A DNA stretch of 64,000 nt, from assembly GCA_026416845.1 (NCBI GenBank), contig JAOAEL010000003.1, positions 5,447 to 69,446 on the forward strand, given 5' to 3'. This document shows, piece after piece, positions 29,667-40,380 of this stretch. The position numbers and the translations under genes are program-made. Positions within the stretch are counted from its first letter, which is position 1, and the number at the start of each line of letters is the position of its first letter. This DNA comes from Patescibacteria group bacterium. Its GTDB lineage: Bacteria > Patescibacteriota > Microgenomatia > UBA8517. The notes beneath the pieces are model-generated. The model did not search any database. It was not told where the DNA came from and saw only the letters and a list, made by a program, of their open reading frames with translations.

Positions 29667-30611
29667 ATGAAGTTAATAAATTGGGTTAAAAGTAATTTGC
29701 TTTCAATAATCGCTATTGTTTTAGCCACCTACTTTCTTGCTCGTCCTCTACTTGGCATATTTAGCAATAATTTAAGTACTAGCTATCAAAAAAATATATC
29801 AACATCATTTTCTGGATCACCTATCAATTACGGAATTGAAGATTCTAAACATATAGATATAGGTAACGTAGGATATGGCAGAAGAATAGAAGGCACTCCA
29901 TCTTCAATAGGAGAATATCCACCGCAAACAACCACGCATGATCGTCTTGTGATCAGAGAGTCATCTCTTTCACTTCTGGTTGCAAATGTAACAGAAATTC
30001 GGCAAAAAATCATTTCTCACGCACAAAGCGTTGGTGGCTACATGGTTTCTGCCAGCACAACAAATCCTGACAATCAAGCAAGCGCTGTAGTTATTGTCAG
30101 AATTCCTGCTGAAAAACTTGAAGAAACTCTAAACGTTTACCGTTCTTTTGGCATAAGAGTAGTTTCTGAAAATTTATATGGTTATGATGTTACAGACCAA
30201 TATGTAGACATCGAGAAAAGAATCAGTCAATACGAAAAAACACTTAAAAGGTATGAAGATCTTTTGGATCGCGCCACTTTGGTTGCCGATATCACCAATA
30301 TTACACAGCAAATCTTATCCACTCAAAGCCAAATTGACTCGCTAAAAGGACAGCAAAATGCTTTAACCCAAAATGCCAAACTTGCAAAGCTAACAATATA
30401 TCTCTCCACAGACGAAATCGCGCTTCCCTACACTCCAGATGAAGCATTCAGGCCTCAAGTGATTTTCAAAAATGCCACCAGATCAATGATTGGTACCTTA
30501 AGAAACATTGCTGAATTTGCAATCTGGGCAGGTGTATACGCGGTAATCTGGGTGCCCGCTCTTCTAATTTTTATTGTAGTCAAAAAGCTATGGCAAAAAA
30601 GACCTAAATAA
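29667..30611 (+). CDS. DUF4349-family membrane protein
   Basis: VIRESSLSL, GGYMVS, VRIPAEKL and DVTDQYVD motifs, coiled coil, C-terminal TM segment. Confidence 0.85.
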   Translation: MKLINWVKSNLLSIIAIVLATYFLARPLLGIFSNNLSTSYQKNISTSFSGSPINYGIEDSKHIDIGNVGYGRRIEGTPSSIGEYPPQTTTHDRLVIRESSLSLLVANVTEIRQKIISHAQSVGGYMVSASTTNPDNQASAVVIVRIPAEKLEETLNVYRSFGIRVVSENLYGYDVTDQYVDIEKRISQYEKTLKRYEDLLDRATLVADITNITQQILSTQSQIDSLKGQQNALTQNAKLAKLTIYLSTDEIALPYTPDEAFRPQVIFKNATRSMIGTLRNIAEFAIWAGVYAVIWVPALLIFIVVKKLWQKRPK

Positions 30612-30780
30612 TTTTCTGAGTTATTTCCCAACTTTTTAATTATTGACACAAATCGACAATTGCAAACTAGTCAAGCAAATTATTCTAAACTTAAAAAAAC
30701 AATAAAAAATTAAAAATAACTCAAACAATCAAAACACATAACAAATCAATACAATTGCTTCTTTCAAAATTCTAACATTG

Positions 30781-31776
30781 TTAGATATTTTTACGCTCAA
30801 TCACTCTTTTAACAGCGTTGACAATATCGCGAGGTTTCATACCATACTTTTCCAAAAGCTCGCCAGGGACTCCACTCTCTCCAAAAGAATCATGCACGCC
30901 AACAAACTCAATTGGAACTGGATAATTTTGCGCAAGAAATTCAGAAATAGCTCCTCCTAAACCACCTGAAATTTGATGTTCTTCCACAGTCACAATTGCG
31001 TTAGTTTTTTTAACAGCAGACAAAATAGCGCTTCTATCAAGAGGCTTTATGGTATGATTGTTTATTACAATTGAGCCTATTCCATTTTTATCTAAATCTT
31101 TCGCGGCAATCAAAGCTTCATAAAGCAAAGGCCCACAAGCTATGATTGTAACTTCCGGGTTTTTTGACTCCCAAAAAACAATTGCTTTGCCAATTTTAAA
31201 AGGAGTGTTGTCAGTTGTCATCACAGGAGTTTTCTCGCGAGTTAATCTTATGTAGCTTGGTTTGCCATTTTGAGCTAGAGCAATTGTTGCTTTTTTGGCT
31301 TCTTGAGCATCACAAGGAACAACAACCACCATATTGGGTAAAACTCTCATAAGAGCAATGTCTTCAAGCATTTGATGCGTAGCGCCATCTGGTCCAACAG
31401 AAATTCCAGCATGAGCTCCAACTATTTTTACCGGCACATTGTTTAGACAAATAGTAGTTCTAATTTGCTCCCAATTCCTTCCCGGTGAAAAAGCAGCATA
31501 ACTTGCCACAAAGGGAATCTTGCCATAATTTGCAAGTCCGCTACCGACAGTTGCTATTAATTGCTCCGCGACACCCGCTTCTATAAAACGATCCGGAAAT
31601 TTCTCTTTAAACAAAATGCTTCTTGTTGATTCTGTCAAATCAGCGCAAACCACAACAACACGATCATCTTCTTGTCCTGCAATCACAAGTCCTTCGCCGT
31701 ACCCTTGCCGAGTTGATTCTTGTTCCAATTCATCTGAAAAAATTTTGTTCGAGAGTTTAGCCAAAGAATTTATCAT
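30781..31776 (-). CDS. tkt: Transketolase, C-terminal subunit
   Basis: ADLTEST, GVAEQ, GPDGATHQ and VEEHQISGGLG motifs. Likely start is ATG 31776. Confidence 0.93.
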   Translation of the reverse strand: MINSLAKLSNKIFSDELEQESTRQGYGEGLVIAGQEDDRVVVVCADLTESTRSILFKEKFPDRFIEAGVAEQLIATVGSGLANYGKIPFVASYAAFSPGRNWEQIRTTICLNNVPVKIVGAHAGISVGPDGATHQMLEDIALMRVLPNMVVVVPCDAQEAKKATIALAQNGKPSYIRLTREKTPVMTTDNTPFKIGKAIVFWESKNPEVTIIACGPLLYEALIAAKDLDKNGIGSIVINNHTIKPLDRSAILSAVKKTNAIVTVEEHQISGGLGGAISEFLAQNYPVPIEFVGVHDSFGESGVPGELLEKYGMKPRDIVNAVKRVIERKNI

Positions 31777-31808
31777 GACAATCAAATAACAACTATTTTT
31801 AAAAAAAA

Positions 31809-32660
31809 CTACTGATGCTCAGAAATTATTTTTCCTTGTAATGTTCTTAACTCATGCAAAGCTTTTTGCGCTTCTTCTTTATTGGGTGGTTTGCCATGCC
31901 AAGCATAATCATTTTCCATAAAATCAACGCCCTTGCCCGGGATAGTGTGAGCAATGATAACGGTAGGATTATGTTGCATCGCGCGTGCCTGATTGCAAGC
32001 CTCAATGATTGCTTGTATATTATGTCCATCTATCTCCAAAACGCTCCAATTGAAAGCTTTGTATTTATCAGCCAAAGGCTCAAGTGGCATTACATCTTCT
32101 GTAAAACCATCTATTTGGATATTGTTCCTGTCAACAATCACTGTCAGATTTGAAAGATTATACTTGCCAGAAAATAAAACAGCTTCCCAATGATTGCCTT
32201 CGTTATGTTCCCCATCTGAACAAATACAATAAACTCTAAATTTTCTTTTATCCATTCTTGCGCCATACGCGTACCCTGCGGCTTGAGCAAGCCCACTGCC
32301 AAGTGGGCCAGATGTGCTTTCTAATCCGGGAAGTTTTTCCCTCTCAGGATGTCCTTGCAAACGCGACCCTAATTTCCTTAAAGTAAAAAGCTCTTCAATA
32401 GGAAAATACCCAGCATGTGCCATTGCCGCATAACGAACTGGCGCAATATGCCCACAGGACAAAAAAAGCCTGTCTCTCTCTGTCCAATTGGGATCATCAG
32501 GTCTGTGATTTAAAACACAAAAATACAAAGCGGTAAAAACATCGGCCATTCCAAGAGATCCGGCTGAATGGCCGCTACCTGCTTCAAGAAGCATTTTTAC
32601 AACACTTTGGCGAATCTCGTTTGCTTTTAAGTAAAGATTGTCAATGTCAGAATCAGGCAT
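31809..32660 (-). CDS. tkt: Transketolase, N-terminal (TPP-binding) subunit
   Basis: SGHSAGSL, RDRLFLSCGH, LQGHP, SDGEHNEG...NN and WHGK motifs. Likely start is ATG 32660. Confidence 0.93.
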   Translation of the reverse strand: MPDSDIDNLYLKANEIRQSVVKMLLEAGSGHSAGSLGMADVFTALYFCVLNHRPDDPNWTERDRLFLSCGHIAPVRYAAMAHAGYFPIEELFTLRKLGSRLQGHPEREKLPGLESTSGPLGSGLAQAAGYAYGARMDKRKFRVYCICSDGEHNEGNHWEAVLFSGKYNLSNLTVIVDRNNIQIDGFTEDVMPLEPLADKYKAFNWSVLEIDGHNIQAIIEACNQARAMQHNPTVIIAHTIPGKGVDFMENDYAWHGKPPNKEEAQKALHELRTLQGKIISEHQ

Positions 32661-32816
32661 ATAATCATAATATAATCCAAAAGACAAAAAACTTAAAACA
32701 TCTTTTAAAAATAATGTAATGCCAATTGTCTTGAAATTTAATAAGAGTTATTTTTATAATAAGCAATAACCAAAAAAGCACCAAGAAAAATCTCAATCTA
32801 GTAAAATTCAAATCAA

Positions 32817-33269
32817 ATGGATCAAAACCCCGAAAATCACTTGATAAAAATCCCAAGCATATCCAAAAAAAGGGATGAAGTGGTTATTGCTAGTATAGAC
32901 ATAAGCACAGAAAACGTATATGCTAAAGCCGAAATTTTGCAATCAGAAAATGGCACCAAAACAGTTCACATTATCGGAATCGAAAACCTAACAAACAAAA
33001 AAGGCATTGGCAGAAGAGCACAAGAAGAAATTTTGAGACAGGCAATCCAGCGTGGAGCAACAAGAATTAGATCTGAAGTAGTTTCAGCCGCAATTGCACA
33101 TTTGTATGGGAACTGGTTTGGAAAAGATCCAGTGTTTGAAACCATTACAGGAGAAAGACTATCACCAGAGGAAGTAGCAGAAAAAATAAACACAGGCAAG
33201 ATTAAAATAGCTTACCTTGATGCTGAAATTTCTGAAAATTTGAAAAGAAAAATTCTAAATGATACTTAA
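32817..33269 (+). CDS. Hypothetical protein, GNAT-like fold
   Basis: VHIIGIE...KKGIGRRAQEEILRQA resembles GNAT motif A. Confidence 0.45.
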   Translation: MDQNPENHLIKIPSISKKRDEVVIASIDISTENVYAKAEILQSENGTKTVHIIGIENLTNKKGIGRRAQEEILRQAIQRGATRIRSEVVSAAIAHLYGNWFGKDPVFETITGERLSPEEVAEKINTGKIKIAYLDAEISENLKRKILNDT

Positions 33270-33352
33270 ATTTTTATATTTATATTTTTTAGTAAATTAA
33301 AAAAAATGAGCCTCGTAACTTTCTAAACTCATAATAAAACTCAAAATTTACT

Positions 33353-36106
33353 TTAATAATTTTCGATCTCTTTTTTTGCTTCCTCAAATATCTTAATAGC
33401 TTTATCAACTTGATTAGCTTTAACATATAAAGCGGTCAAATCTTCATAAACCGGAAAGTATTTATAATTCCAAAACAAATCAGGGTTAAATGCTTTTAAT
33501 TCCTCATAAAGAGATATCGCATCTTCACACCTTTGCTGTCTTTCATAAACCATAGCTAAAGTTCTTATATTGTCATAATTCTGGAAAAATGCGGCAGGCA
33601 AGTTTTTTCTTGCTTCCTCAAGCATAATTGCCGCTTGGTCATAGTCCCAAATTCCATCCCGTAAATATATTTCTTGCGCATAAAAACCAACCTCTTTTGC
33701 ATAAAACTTTCCGGCTTTACTTTTTATCTCACTAGCAAAAGTGACCAATTTATCACGCGTGATATAACCACTCCTTACCCATTCTAAATAAAGTTGCATC
33801 AATTTATGAAAAGGAGGCAAATAATCACTATCATCCCAAAATTTGGATTCTTGCCAAGTTTTAAACTCTTCATAAATTTTAATTTGTTCATCAATTTGCC
33901 CATCGTATAAACTTGCTATCTGAAGCACATTAAGCTTTTGATCGTAAAAAAGCTCTGGATTTTCGCTTCTTGCTTTTTGCATAAACAATCTAGCCTTATC
34001 TATAAGCTTCTTTTTGGATTTTCCTTTCGCTCTTTTCGCTTTGCTGATATAGTTAAATGTCAATTCATATATCCTTGAATAATAAGCCTGAGGATTTTTG
34101 TGTTTAGTTTCTTCAAATATTTTCAAAGCCGCATCTAAATCATCAAAATAATAAATACAAAACATAGCATGATCAATGCTTATTTCCTCCCAATAAAGAC
34201 TTGTTTTTTTGCTACGAATTTCTTCCAAAAACCGCATTTTTTGATTACCAGGCAAAATCTTTGCTAAACCAACATAAGCCTTGCCATCACAAGGATTAAT
34301 ATCAATATTTTTCTTTAAAAGATACATTCCTATGTCAACATAGTTTTTAGTGATAAATTGGCCTGTGTTACTGGCAAAAGATGAATTAATACAAACATTT
34401 CCATCCTTGTCTGGAGCCATAACTAAATGCGGGTATGGAATACTGGCTTTCCAAATTTCTTTTTGTTCCGTATAGGGATTAATCCTTATGAATAGATTAG
34501 GGATATCTTTAACTTGTCGTAACTGTTTATCATTTTCCACTCCTTGACGAGTATTTTCAGTTATGTATGTCAAAAATTTTGAGCTAACAGGAATAAAACG
34601 AGCGTTAACAAAAGCCATCTTTTTATATTTTAAAAAGGTCTGAATTTCCAAGTTTGAAACCAAAGGATTTCTCTTTCTTAGACCATCAATTAATTGTTCA
34701 TCAGTCTGGCTTTCTAAACCAAGGATGTTTTCAAAGCTTGTGTCCATGACAAGTTTACGTCCGCTGGGCAAATCAAACTCGCAACAAACATGCCCCTTAG
34801 TGTTATTATCTAACATCTCTTTTACACAACTAGCCCGCGCTCTAATCCCCAAATATTTAGAAATTGCAAGCAAAACACTCACTTTACCTGCACATACTGC
34901 TTCTTCTTTTTCCAAAACTTCAGTTAAGTTAGTGACCAAGTTGCCTAAATTAGGAAAAATCCGATCTAATTTATTACCAATAAAGATTAATAAACTTTGT
35001 ACCTGCTCGTCCAATTTCACAAGTTTTAGTCTTTCTTCAACTCTATCAAAATCTAGATTGCTTATTTTTCTAGCTTGATCTTGCAATTCTGAAAATTTCT
35101 TGCGCAAACTGACAATATCTATAGCTTCGTCTTTGTCGGGATTTTCAAATCCAGAGTTTGAAATAACAAAACTGCATTTATCTTTGAAACTATTTTGGAG
35201 CTTCAAAATTCTTTCTTTTTTTTCTTCATCATTTAAAGGTAATTTGTCTACTTTTATAATCTCATCTTTTAAATTGTCAAATTCTTGAGCCAAATTATTG
35301 CTTTCAATTACTTTTGCATAAGAGGAATCAAATTCATAACCTTCCAATATAGAAAATAATTTGCGAAACTTGCCAACAAAACCAAGCGGATTTTGCATTC
35401 TATTTAAAACCCTTGCAACATTTAACGTAAATGCGGTTTCTATATACTCGTTAATTAAAATATCAGCCAATGTCTGCACTTGTTTTGTATCTAGCCGATT
35501 GGAAATTGCCTTTAATATTTTTGGGGACTGAACCAATTTCTTAATTTTTTGCTTTGCTCGATTGCTTAATTTTGCCACATTTGTTTCGACAAGTTTTTGG
35601 TAATAATCTTTCTCTTTATCTCCCTCACATAAACCTAGCCCAATACGATCAATTATGCTTTTCCACGCTAAAACTTTGACTTCTAGCTCGCTACTCGCAC
35701 TATCATGTACGCAGTTTTGCAAAACATCAAACAACAATTTTGCCCGCGCAGAAACCATAGCAAGCTTGTCAATTAATCTAGATCTTTTTCCTAACAAAGT
35801 TCTAATAAATTCTTCTTGATTTTTAATTGCTTTTTTCTCAGGGGTATATCTTGAGAAATCTGTTATTTCTCCTTTTCTTGCTTGATCAAGCAAGGATTCT
35901 CTTAGTTGCAAAATTAGTTCAGCAACTCCAAAAAGCGAGGTCATTTTTGCTTTAACTTCCTCAGATAAATTTAAATTATTATCCTTTGCTATTTTGATTC
36001 CACACTGTTCCTGCAATACATAAGTTACTCCTAAAATTAACTTTGCTAGTTTCTCTTCTGCTAAAGAACTCAAATGATTAACAAAATGCTCCAATTTGCT
36101 ATTCAT
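33353..36106 (-). CDS. Large protein with transglutaminase-like (Cys-His-Asp) domain and C-terminal TPR-like repeats
   Basis: AVCAGKVSVLLAISKYLGI...GHVCC...VMDTS, followed by repeated A..IFEEA/AISLYEE helical units. Confidence 0.65.
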   Translation of the reverse strand: MNSKLEHFVNHLSSLAEEKLAKLILGVTYVLQEQCGIKIAKDNNLNLSEEVKAKMTSLFGVAELILQLRESLLDQARKGEITDFSRYTPEKKAIKNQEEFIRTLLGKRSRLIDKLAMVSARAKLLFDVLQNCVHDSASSELEVKVLAWKSIIDRIGLGLCEGDKEKDYYQKLVETNVAKLSNRAKQKIKKLVQSPKILKAISNRLDTKQVQTLADILINEYIETAFTLNVARVLNRMQNPLGFVGKFRKLFSILEGYEFDSSYAKVIESNNLAQEFDNLKDEIIKVDKLPLNDEEKKERILKLQNSFKDKCSFVISNSGFENPDKDEAIDIVSLRKKFSELQDQARKISNLDFDRVEERLKLVKLDEQVQSLLIFIGNKLDRIFPNLGNLVTNLTEVLEKEEAVCAGKVSVLLAISKYLGIRARASCVKEMLDNNTKGHVCCEFDLPSGRKLVMDTSFENILGLESQTDEQLIDGLRKRNPLVSNLEIQTFLKYKKMAFVNARFIPVSSKFLTYITENTRQGVENDKQLRQVKDIPNLFIRINPYTEQKEIWKASIPYPHLVMAPDKDGNVCINSSFASNTGQFITKNYVDIGMYLLKKNIDINPCDGKAYVGLAKILPGNQKMRFLEEIRSKKTSLYWEEISIDHAMFCIYYFDDLDAALKIFEETKHKNPQAYYSRIYELTFNYISKAKRAKGKSKKKLIDKARLFMQKARSENPELFYDQKLNVLQIASLYDGQIDEQIKIYEEFKTWQESKFWDDSDYLPPFHKLMQLYLEWVRSGYITRDKLVTFASEIKSKAGKFYAKEVGFYAQEIYLRDGIWDYDQAAIMLEEARKNLPAAFFQNYDNIRTLAMVYERQQRCEDAISLYEELKAFNPDLFWNYKYFPVYEDLTALYVKANQVDKAIKIFEEAKKEIENY

Positions 36107-36225
36107 AAATTCAACTTACAAAAAATAAAGCAAGAAATAAAGCTAAAAATTATTAAATATAAAAACTTTATCAATTGAGCAATATTCAAAAAAATTCAAG
36201 CTTTTCAAAAGAAGATGCTAAAAAA

Positions 36226-36870
36226 TTAAACCTTTTTTGCAAGTTTATCCCTATCTAGAAGCTGAAAGGCTTTTTCTTCCTCTTTGGGATTTTCTCTTAA
36301 AGAGATAGCCTGATCAAAAATCTTTATAGCTTTTAGAACCTCTTTTGGGTTATTACAAATTTTGTAAACCTTTAAATCTTCAGGGCGTATCCTCATATTC
36401 AGCCTAAAAGCTTTCATTATGTCATACCAATAATCACCATAAAGTACCAATGGTTTATGATGACCAAAATAAAGTCTTGCTAATCCCCAAGCCATACCAA
36501 ATTCAGAAATTGTGCCAGTCCCACCACGCAAAACAATATAAGCATCTCCCAATTCAAGAAGTTTCATGGTGCGAGACAAATAGTCTTTCTCAACAATTTC
36601 CTCGTCTAAAGGATTTTTTTTGTCTCTTCCTTCAAAATTAGTGATATCTCTAGGATAAAATGTGGCACCAATTACTCTTGCGCCACCAGCTTTTGCTCCT
36701 TCGCTTACAGCACGCATCGTTCCAGGACCTCCGCCATTAACAGCGTCATAACCATGCTCCGCCATAAACTTGGCAAGTTCATAAGCATCTTTATAAAGAG
36801 GATCCCATTCCTGCGCATCCGCAAACCCAAAATATGTTATTTGTTTTATTTTTCTACCTGTTTGATTCAT
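36226..36870 (-). CDS. LOG-family nucleotide monophosphate phosphoribohydrolase
   Basis: NGGGPGTMRAVSEGA and LRGGTGTISE (variant of PGGxGTxxE). Overlaps the end of rpe. Confidence 0.85.
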   Translation of the reverse strand: MNQTGRKIKQITYFGFADAQEWDPLYKDAYELAKFMAEHGYDAVNGGGPGTMRAVSEGAKAGGARVIGATFYPRDITNFEGRDKKNPLDEEIVEKDYLSRTMKLLELGDAYIVLRGGTGTISEFGMAWGLARLYFGHHKPLVLYGDYWYDIMKAFRLNMRIRPEDLKVYKICNNPKEVLKAIKIFDQAISLRENPKEEEKAFQLLDRDKLAKKV

Positions 36871-37513
36871 AAGTTAAAACATTTTTTAAATTTTCAATAT
36901 TCTCACTAATTTCTCCATTAAACAAACTTCGCCCGATACAAACCTCATCTGCTCCCGCTTGGTAAACTTTATGTATATTATCAGAATTTATCCCACCATC
37001 AACACATATCAAATATGCATAATTATAATTTTGCCTTATCTCTGCAAGTTTCTCTATTTTTTCAAGCGCTTTCTCCTGAAACTTTTGCCCGCCAAAACCA
37101 GCTTTAACACTCATTATCAAAACAACATCAATATCATCAATCGCCAAATCGTCAATCTCGGCAATATCTGTATCTATATCAATTGCCAAACCAACTTCTT
37201 TTTTAAAACTTGTAACAACATCAATAAATTCGACTTGATTATCCATCATTTCAATTTGACCAATTATCCGATCTGCATTGGCTTTTACACACTTTTTTAC
37301 CCAAGAATATGGATCGCAAACCATAAGATGATAGTCTAGAAAAAGTTTTGTTTTATAATCTGCAATAACAAGTGGGTCAATAGTTACATTTTTGGCAAAT
37401 TGGTTATCCACAACATCAATCTGGACACGATCCACCTGACTCTCGCAAATTGAAAGCAGTTTACAAACTTCATCTTTGCTGTTACTAAGAATTGCTGGAA
37501 TAATTTTTAACAT
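36854..37513 (-). CDS. rpe: Ribulose-phosphate 3-epimerase
   Basis: IIPAIL, DYHLMV, MSVKAGFGGQKF and VDGGIN motifs. Confidence 0.92.
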   Translation of the reverse strand: MLKIIPAILSNSKDEVCKLLSICESQVDRVQIDVVDNQFAKNVTIDPLVIADYKTKLFLDYHLMVCDPYSWVKKCVKANADRIIGQIEMMDNQVEFIDVVTSFKKEVGLAIDIDTDIAEIDDLAIDDIDVVLIMSVKAGFGGQKFQEKALEKIEKLAEIRQNYNYAYLICVDGGINSDNIHKVYQAGADEVCIGRSLFNGEISENIENLKNVLTYESNR

Positions 37514-37602
37514 TAAAATTTAATAATAACTGGCATATTTTTTTTGATGTCAAAAACTAATGGTTCATATACGCAAAAGCTAAATATACAACAAGCAATT
37601 TT

Positions 37603-38724
37603 TCAACTTTGCGGATTAAACAAAAGTGTCAACGGATCACTGGGGGCATGATTCAATCCGTTTTCAAGCAATCGTCCCACTCTAATCACTTGCTCCACTA
37701 AACGATTGGCATACCCCCATTCGTTGTCATACCAAGCAAAAACTTTTACCAGATTTCCACCAACTACCTGTGTCAAACTAAGATCAACTATGGCTGACTC
37801 GCTTCTGCCTATAATATCCGCCGAAACAATCGGATCTTCTGTGTAAGCAAGAATGCCTTTGTAAAGGGCATTTTTATTTACCGCCTCTTTTATGACCATA
37901 TTAACTTCCTCCTTGGTAACATTTTTCTTAAGAACAAAAGTAAAATCGGTAATTGACCCGGTAATTGTTGGAACTCTTAAACTCATTCCGTCAAAAATCC
38001 CTTTCAAATCAGGCAAAGTTTCAGCAGTTGCAATAGCGGCTCCAGTTGTAGTGGGAACAATGCTTGCGGCGGCGGCGCGTCCTCTGCGAAGATCTTTGTG
38101 CGAACTATCTTGCAAAACTTGATCATCGGTATAACTATGAACAGTAGTCATCATAGCCTTTTCTATACCAAACGCAGAAAGCATAACCGCGGCAACAGGC
38201 GCGATACAGTTAGTGGTGCAGCTGGCATTTGAAATAACCATAGCTTCATTACTAACTTCATTCACTCCAAGCACATAAGTGTTCACATTTTCACCTCTTG
38301 CAGGAGCGGATATAACGACTCTTTTTGCTCCTCCCAAGGCATGTTTTTTGGCATTTTCTTCATCAGTGAACCTGCCAGTTGATTCAATAACCACGTCAAC
38401 TTTATATTTGCCCCAAGGAATTTTAGCCGGATCCTTCTGGGCCAAAACAGGAACTTTTAAATCTTTGCCTTTTACTACCAGATTGCCAATTTGAGGATCT
38501 TCATCTGTAATTTCTTCAGGCTTTTTGATTTCTTCATGCCCAATCTCGAGCTCAAATTTCCTATAGGTGGTATCATAGTTTGTCAGGTGAGCCCAACCAG
38601 AAGTAGGCATTGAACCTGAAGTGTTAACAGCTCCAAAGTTAATCTCGCTTGCATGCTTGGTAAGCCCTATTCGAAAAGCAAGTCTGCCAATTCTGCCAAA
38701 ACCGTTTATTCCAACATTTACCAT
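37603..38724 (-). CDS. gap: Type I glyceraldehyde-3-phosphate dehydrogenase
   Basis: GINGFGRIGR, SNASCTTNC and WYDNEWGY motifs. Confidence 0.97.
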   Translation of the reverse strand: MVNVGINGFGRIGRLAFRIGLTKHASEINFGAVNTSGSMPTSGWAHLTNYDTTYRKFELEIGHEEIKKPEEITDEDPQIGNLVVKGKDLKVPVLAQKDPAKIPWGKYKVDVVIESTGRFTDEENAKKHALGGAKRVVISAPARGENVNTYVLGVNEVSNEAMVISNASCTTNCIAPVAAVMLSAFGIEKAMMTTVHSYTDDQVLQDSSHKDLRRGRAAAASIVPTTTGAAIATAETLPDLKGIFDGMSLRVPTITGSITDFTFVLKKNVTKEEVNMVIKEAVNKNALYKGILAYTEDPIVSADIIGRSESAIVDLSLTQVVGGNLVKVFAWYDNEWGYANRLVEQVIRVGRLLENGLNHAPSDPLTLLFNPQS

Positions 38725-38808
38725 AAGAGTTAAACCGTAATAATTTAAGAATAAGCAATGTAACTTATTTTGACAATGAGTTTTTTACCCCTAAAAGCAA
38801 TAATACTT

Positions 38809-39348
38809 TTACAACCACTCTTTCTTCAAAAACTCTTCCCGAAAGAAATCAAAATAAAAATAATCATGATTGTCTGCTTGCATCTTAACCAATTTAATAT
38901 CTTTATTAGCGCCATTTAAAAATTCTTTCACCTGATCATACAAGCCATGAGGATCTAAATCATTTTGCACAACCAAAATTTTTTTGGCGCTAATGCCAAA
39001 AAAACAATTTGCAAATTTTTCTTTTGCAAAAACACTTAAGTCATTAAGCGGCAAACCGCAAAAAATAATTCTTTCAAAATCCACATCTTGTTCATGTGCA
39101 ATCAAATTTGCTCCAACATAAGTTCCAATAGACTTAGCAAGCAAAAACAAATTATTTTGGTTTTTTATTTTTTCTTTTATTCCCAATATCTCTTTTTTAA
39201 GCGAAAAATCCTTTTTATTTCCTGTTCTCCAATGAGTCCATTCGCGCAAAATACAAGAATTTCTTTTCCCTTTCGACAAACTCTTGCCTGCCTCTTCAAG
39301 CCATATTTTGTTCTTTACTGAAAAACCAGGAAGAATTAAAACTTTCAT
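38809..39348 (-). CDS. Alpha/beta hydrolase-fold protein
   Basis: LPGFS, AKSIG nucleophile elbow, QNDLDP and C-terminal HDY. Confidence 0.75.
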   Translation of the reverse strand: MKVLILPGFSVKNKIWLEEAGKSLSKGKRNSCILREWTHWRTGNKKDFSLKKEILGIKEKIKNQNNLFLLAKSIGTYVGANLIAHEQDVDFERIIFCGLPLNDLSVFAKEKFANCFFGISAKKILVVQNDLDPHGLYDQVKEFLNGANKDIKLVKMQADNHDYFYFDFFREEFLKKEWL

Positions 39349-39365
39349 TTGCGATTTTGACTTTT

Positions 39366-40379
39366 TTATTTCTGCACAAGAGCTTCAATTCCGGGCAAAG
39401 TTTTTAATGACAAATACTCAAGCATTGCCCCACCGCCAACTGATATCCAATCAAATTTATCATTTAGATTAAGTAGTGTAATCGCGGCTTCTGCGTCTCC
39501 ACCACCTGCCACTTTATAAGCGTGCGAATTTGCAATTGCTGTAAATACTTCTTTTGTGCCTTGCCGATGATCTTCATCTTCGTACTTACCGGGAACTCCA
39601 GCTAAAACTATTGTCCCTGCTTTGGCAATTTCCGCTTTGAAAATCTCAATAGTATCAGAATTTATATCTTCATTATCAAGAGTCAAACTGCCAATGATTA
39701 ATTTATCTGGATACGGATTTTCGTCACCGTAATATTTAGGCAAAAGCCCACCTGCAAGAATTCTATCAACATGATTTACCAAATGACTTATATAATCCAT
39801 TTTATCTCTTTTTACACCACTAATAACTGCCACTATAGGACGATTGGGGTTTTCCAAAACTCTTAAAAGCATCTCAACTTCCTTTTCAAATCTAAACCCT
39901 GCTGCTGATGGGAGAAAATTTGGAATTCCCACAATCGAGGCATGCCCACGATGCGACACAGCAAATGCTTCATTTACATAACATTGCGCAAGACTTGCCA
40001 AATGCCTTGCAAACTCTAAATCATTCTCTTCCTCCCTCTTGTCAAACCTAATATTCTCCAACAAAACAACATCTCCATCTTGCATTGTTTCTAATTTTTC
40101 TTGCCCAGCGCCAAAAATATCACGAATAAAAAAAACACTTCTGCCAAGCAATTCTTCTAAAACGAAAACTAACCTTTGAAGCGATAATTCTTCATTAATT
40201 CTCCCCTCAGGGCGACCTTTGTGTCCAATTATAATAACTTTTGAATTTGAGTTTAACAAATAATCCAAAGTGTCTTTGGAAAGTTCGATTCTGGAGAAAT
40301 CATTATCTACATCCAAATCCATTCGTAATATAACTTTCTTTTTTGACACATCCAAATCGTGGAGCTTTCTGATATTCAT
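39366..40379 (-). CDS. pgk: Phosphoglycerate kinase (shortened)
   Basis: GHKGRP, LLENIRF, NEAFAVSHRGHAS, AGGGD and SVGGGAMLEYL motifs; 337 aa. Confidence 0.92.
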   Translation of the reverse strand: MNIRKLHDLDVSKKKVILRMDLDVDNDFSRIELSKDTLDYLLNSNSKVIIIGHKGRPEGRINEELSLQRLVFVLEELLGRSVFFIRDIFGAGQEKLETMQDGDVVLLENIRFDKREEENDLEFARHLASLAQCYVNEAFAVSHRGHASIVGIPNFLPSAAGFRFEKEVEMLLRVLENPNRPIVAVISGVKRDKMDYISHLVNHVDRILAGGLLPKYYGDENPYPDKLIIGSLTLDNEDINSDTIEIFKAEIAKAGTIVLAGVPGKYEDEDHRQGTKEVFTAIANSHAYKVAGGGDAEAAITLLNLNDKFDWISVGGGAMLEYLSLKTLPGIEALVQK

Positions 40380-40380
40380 G

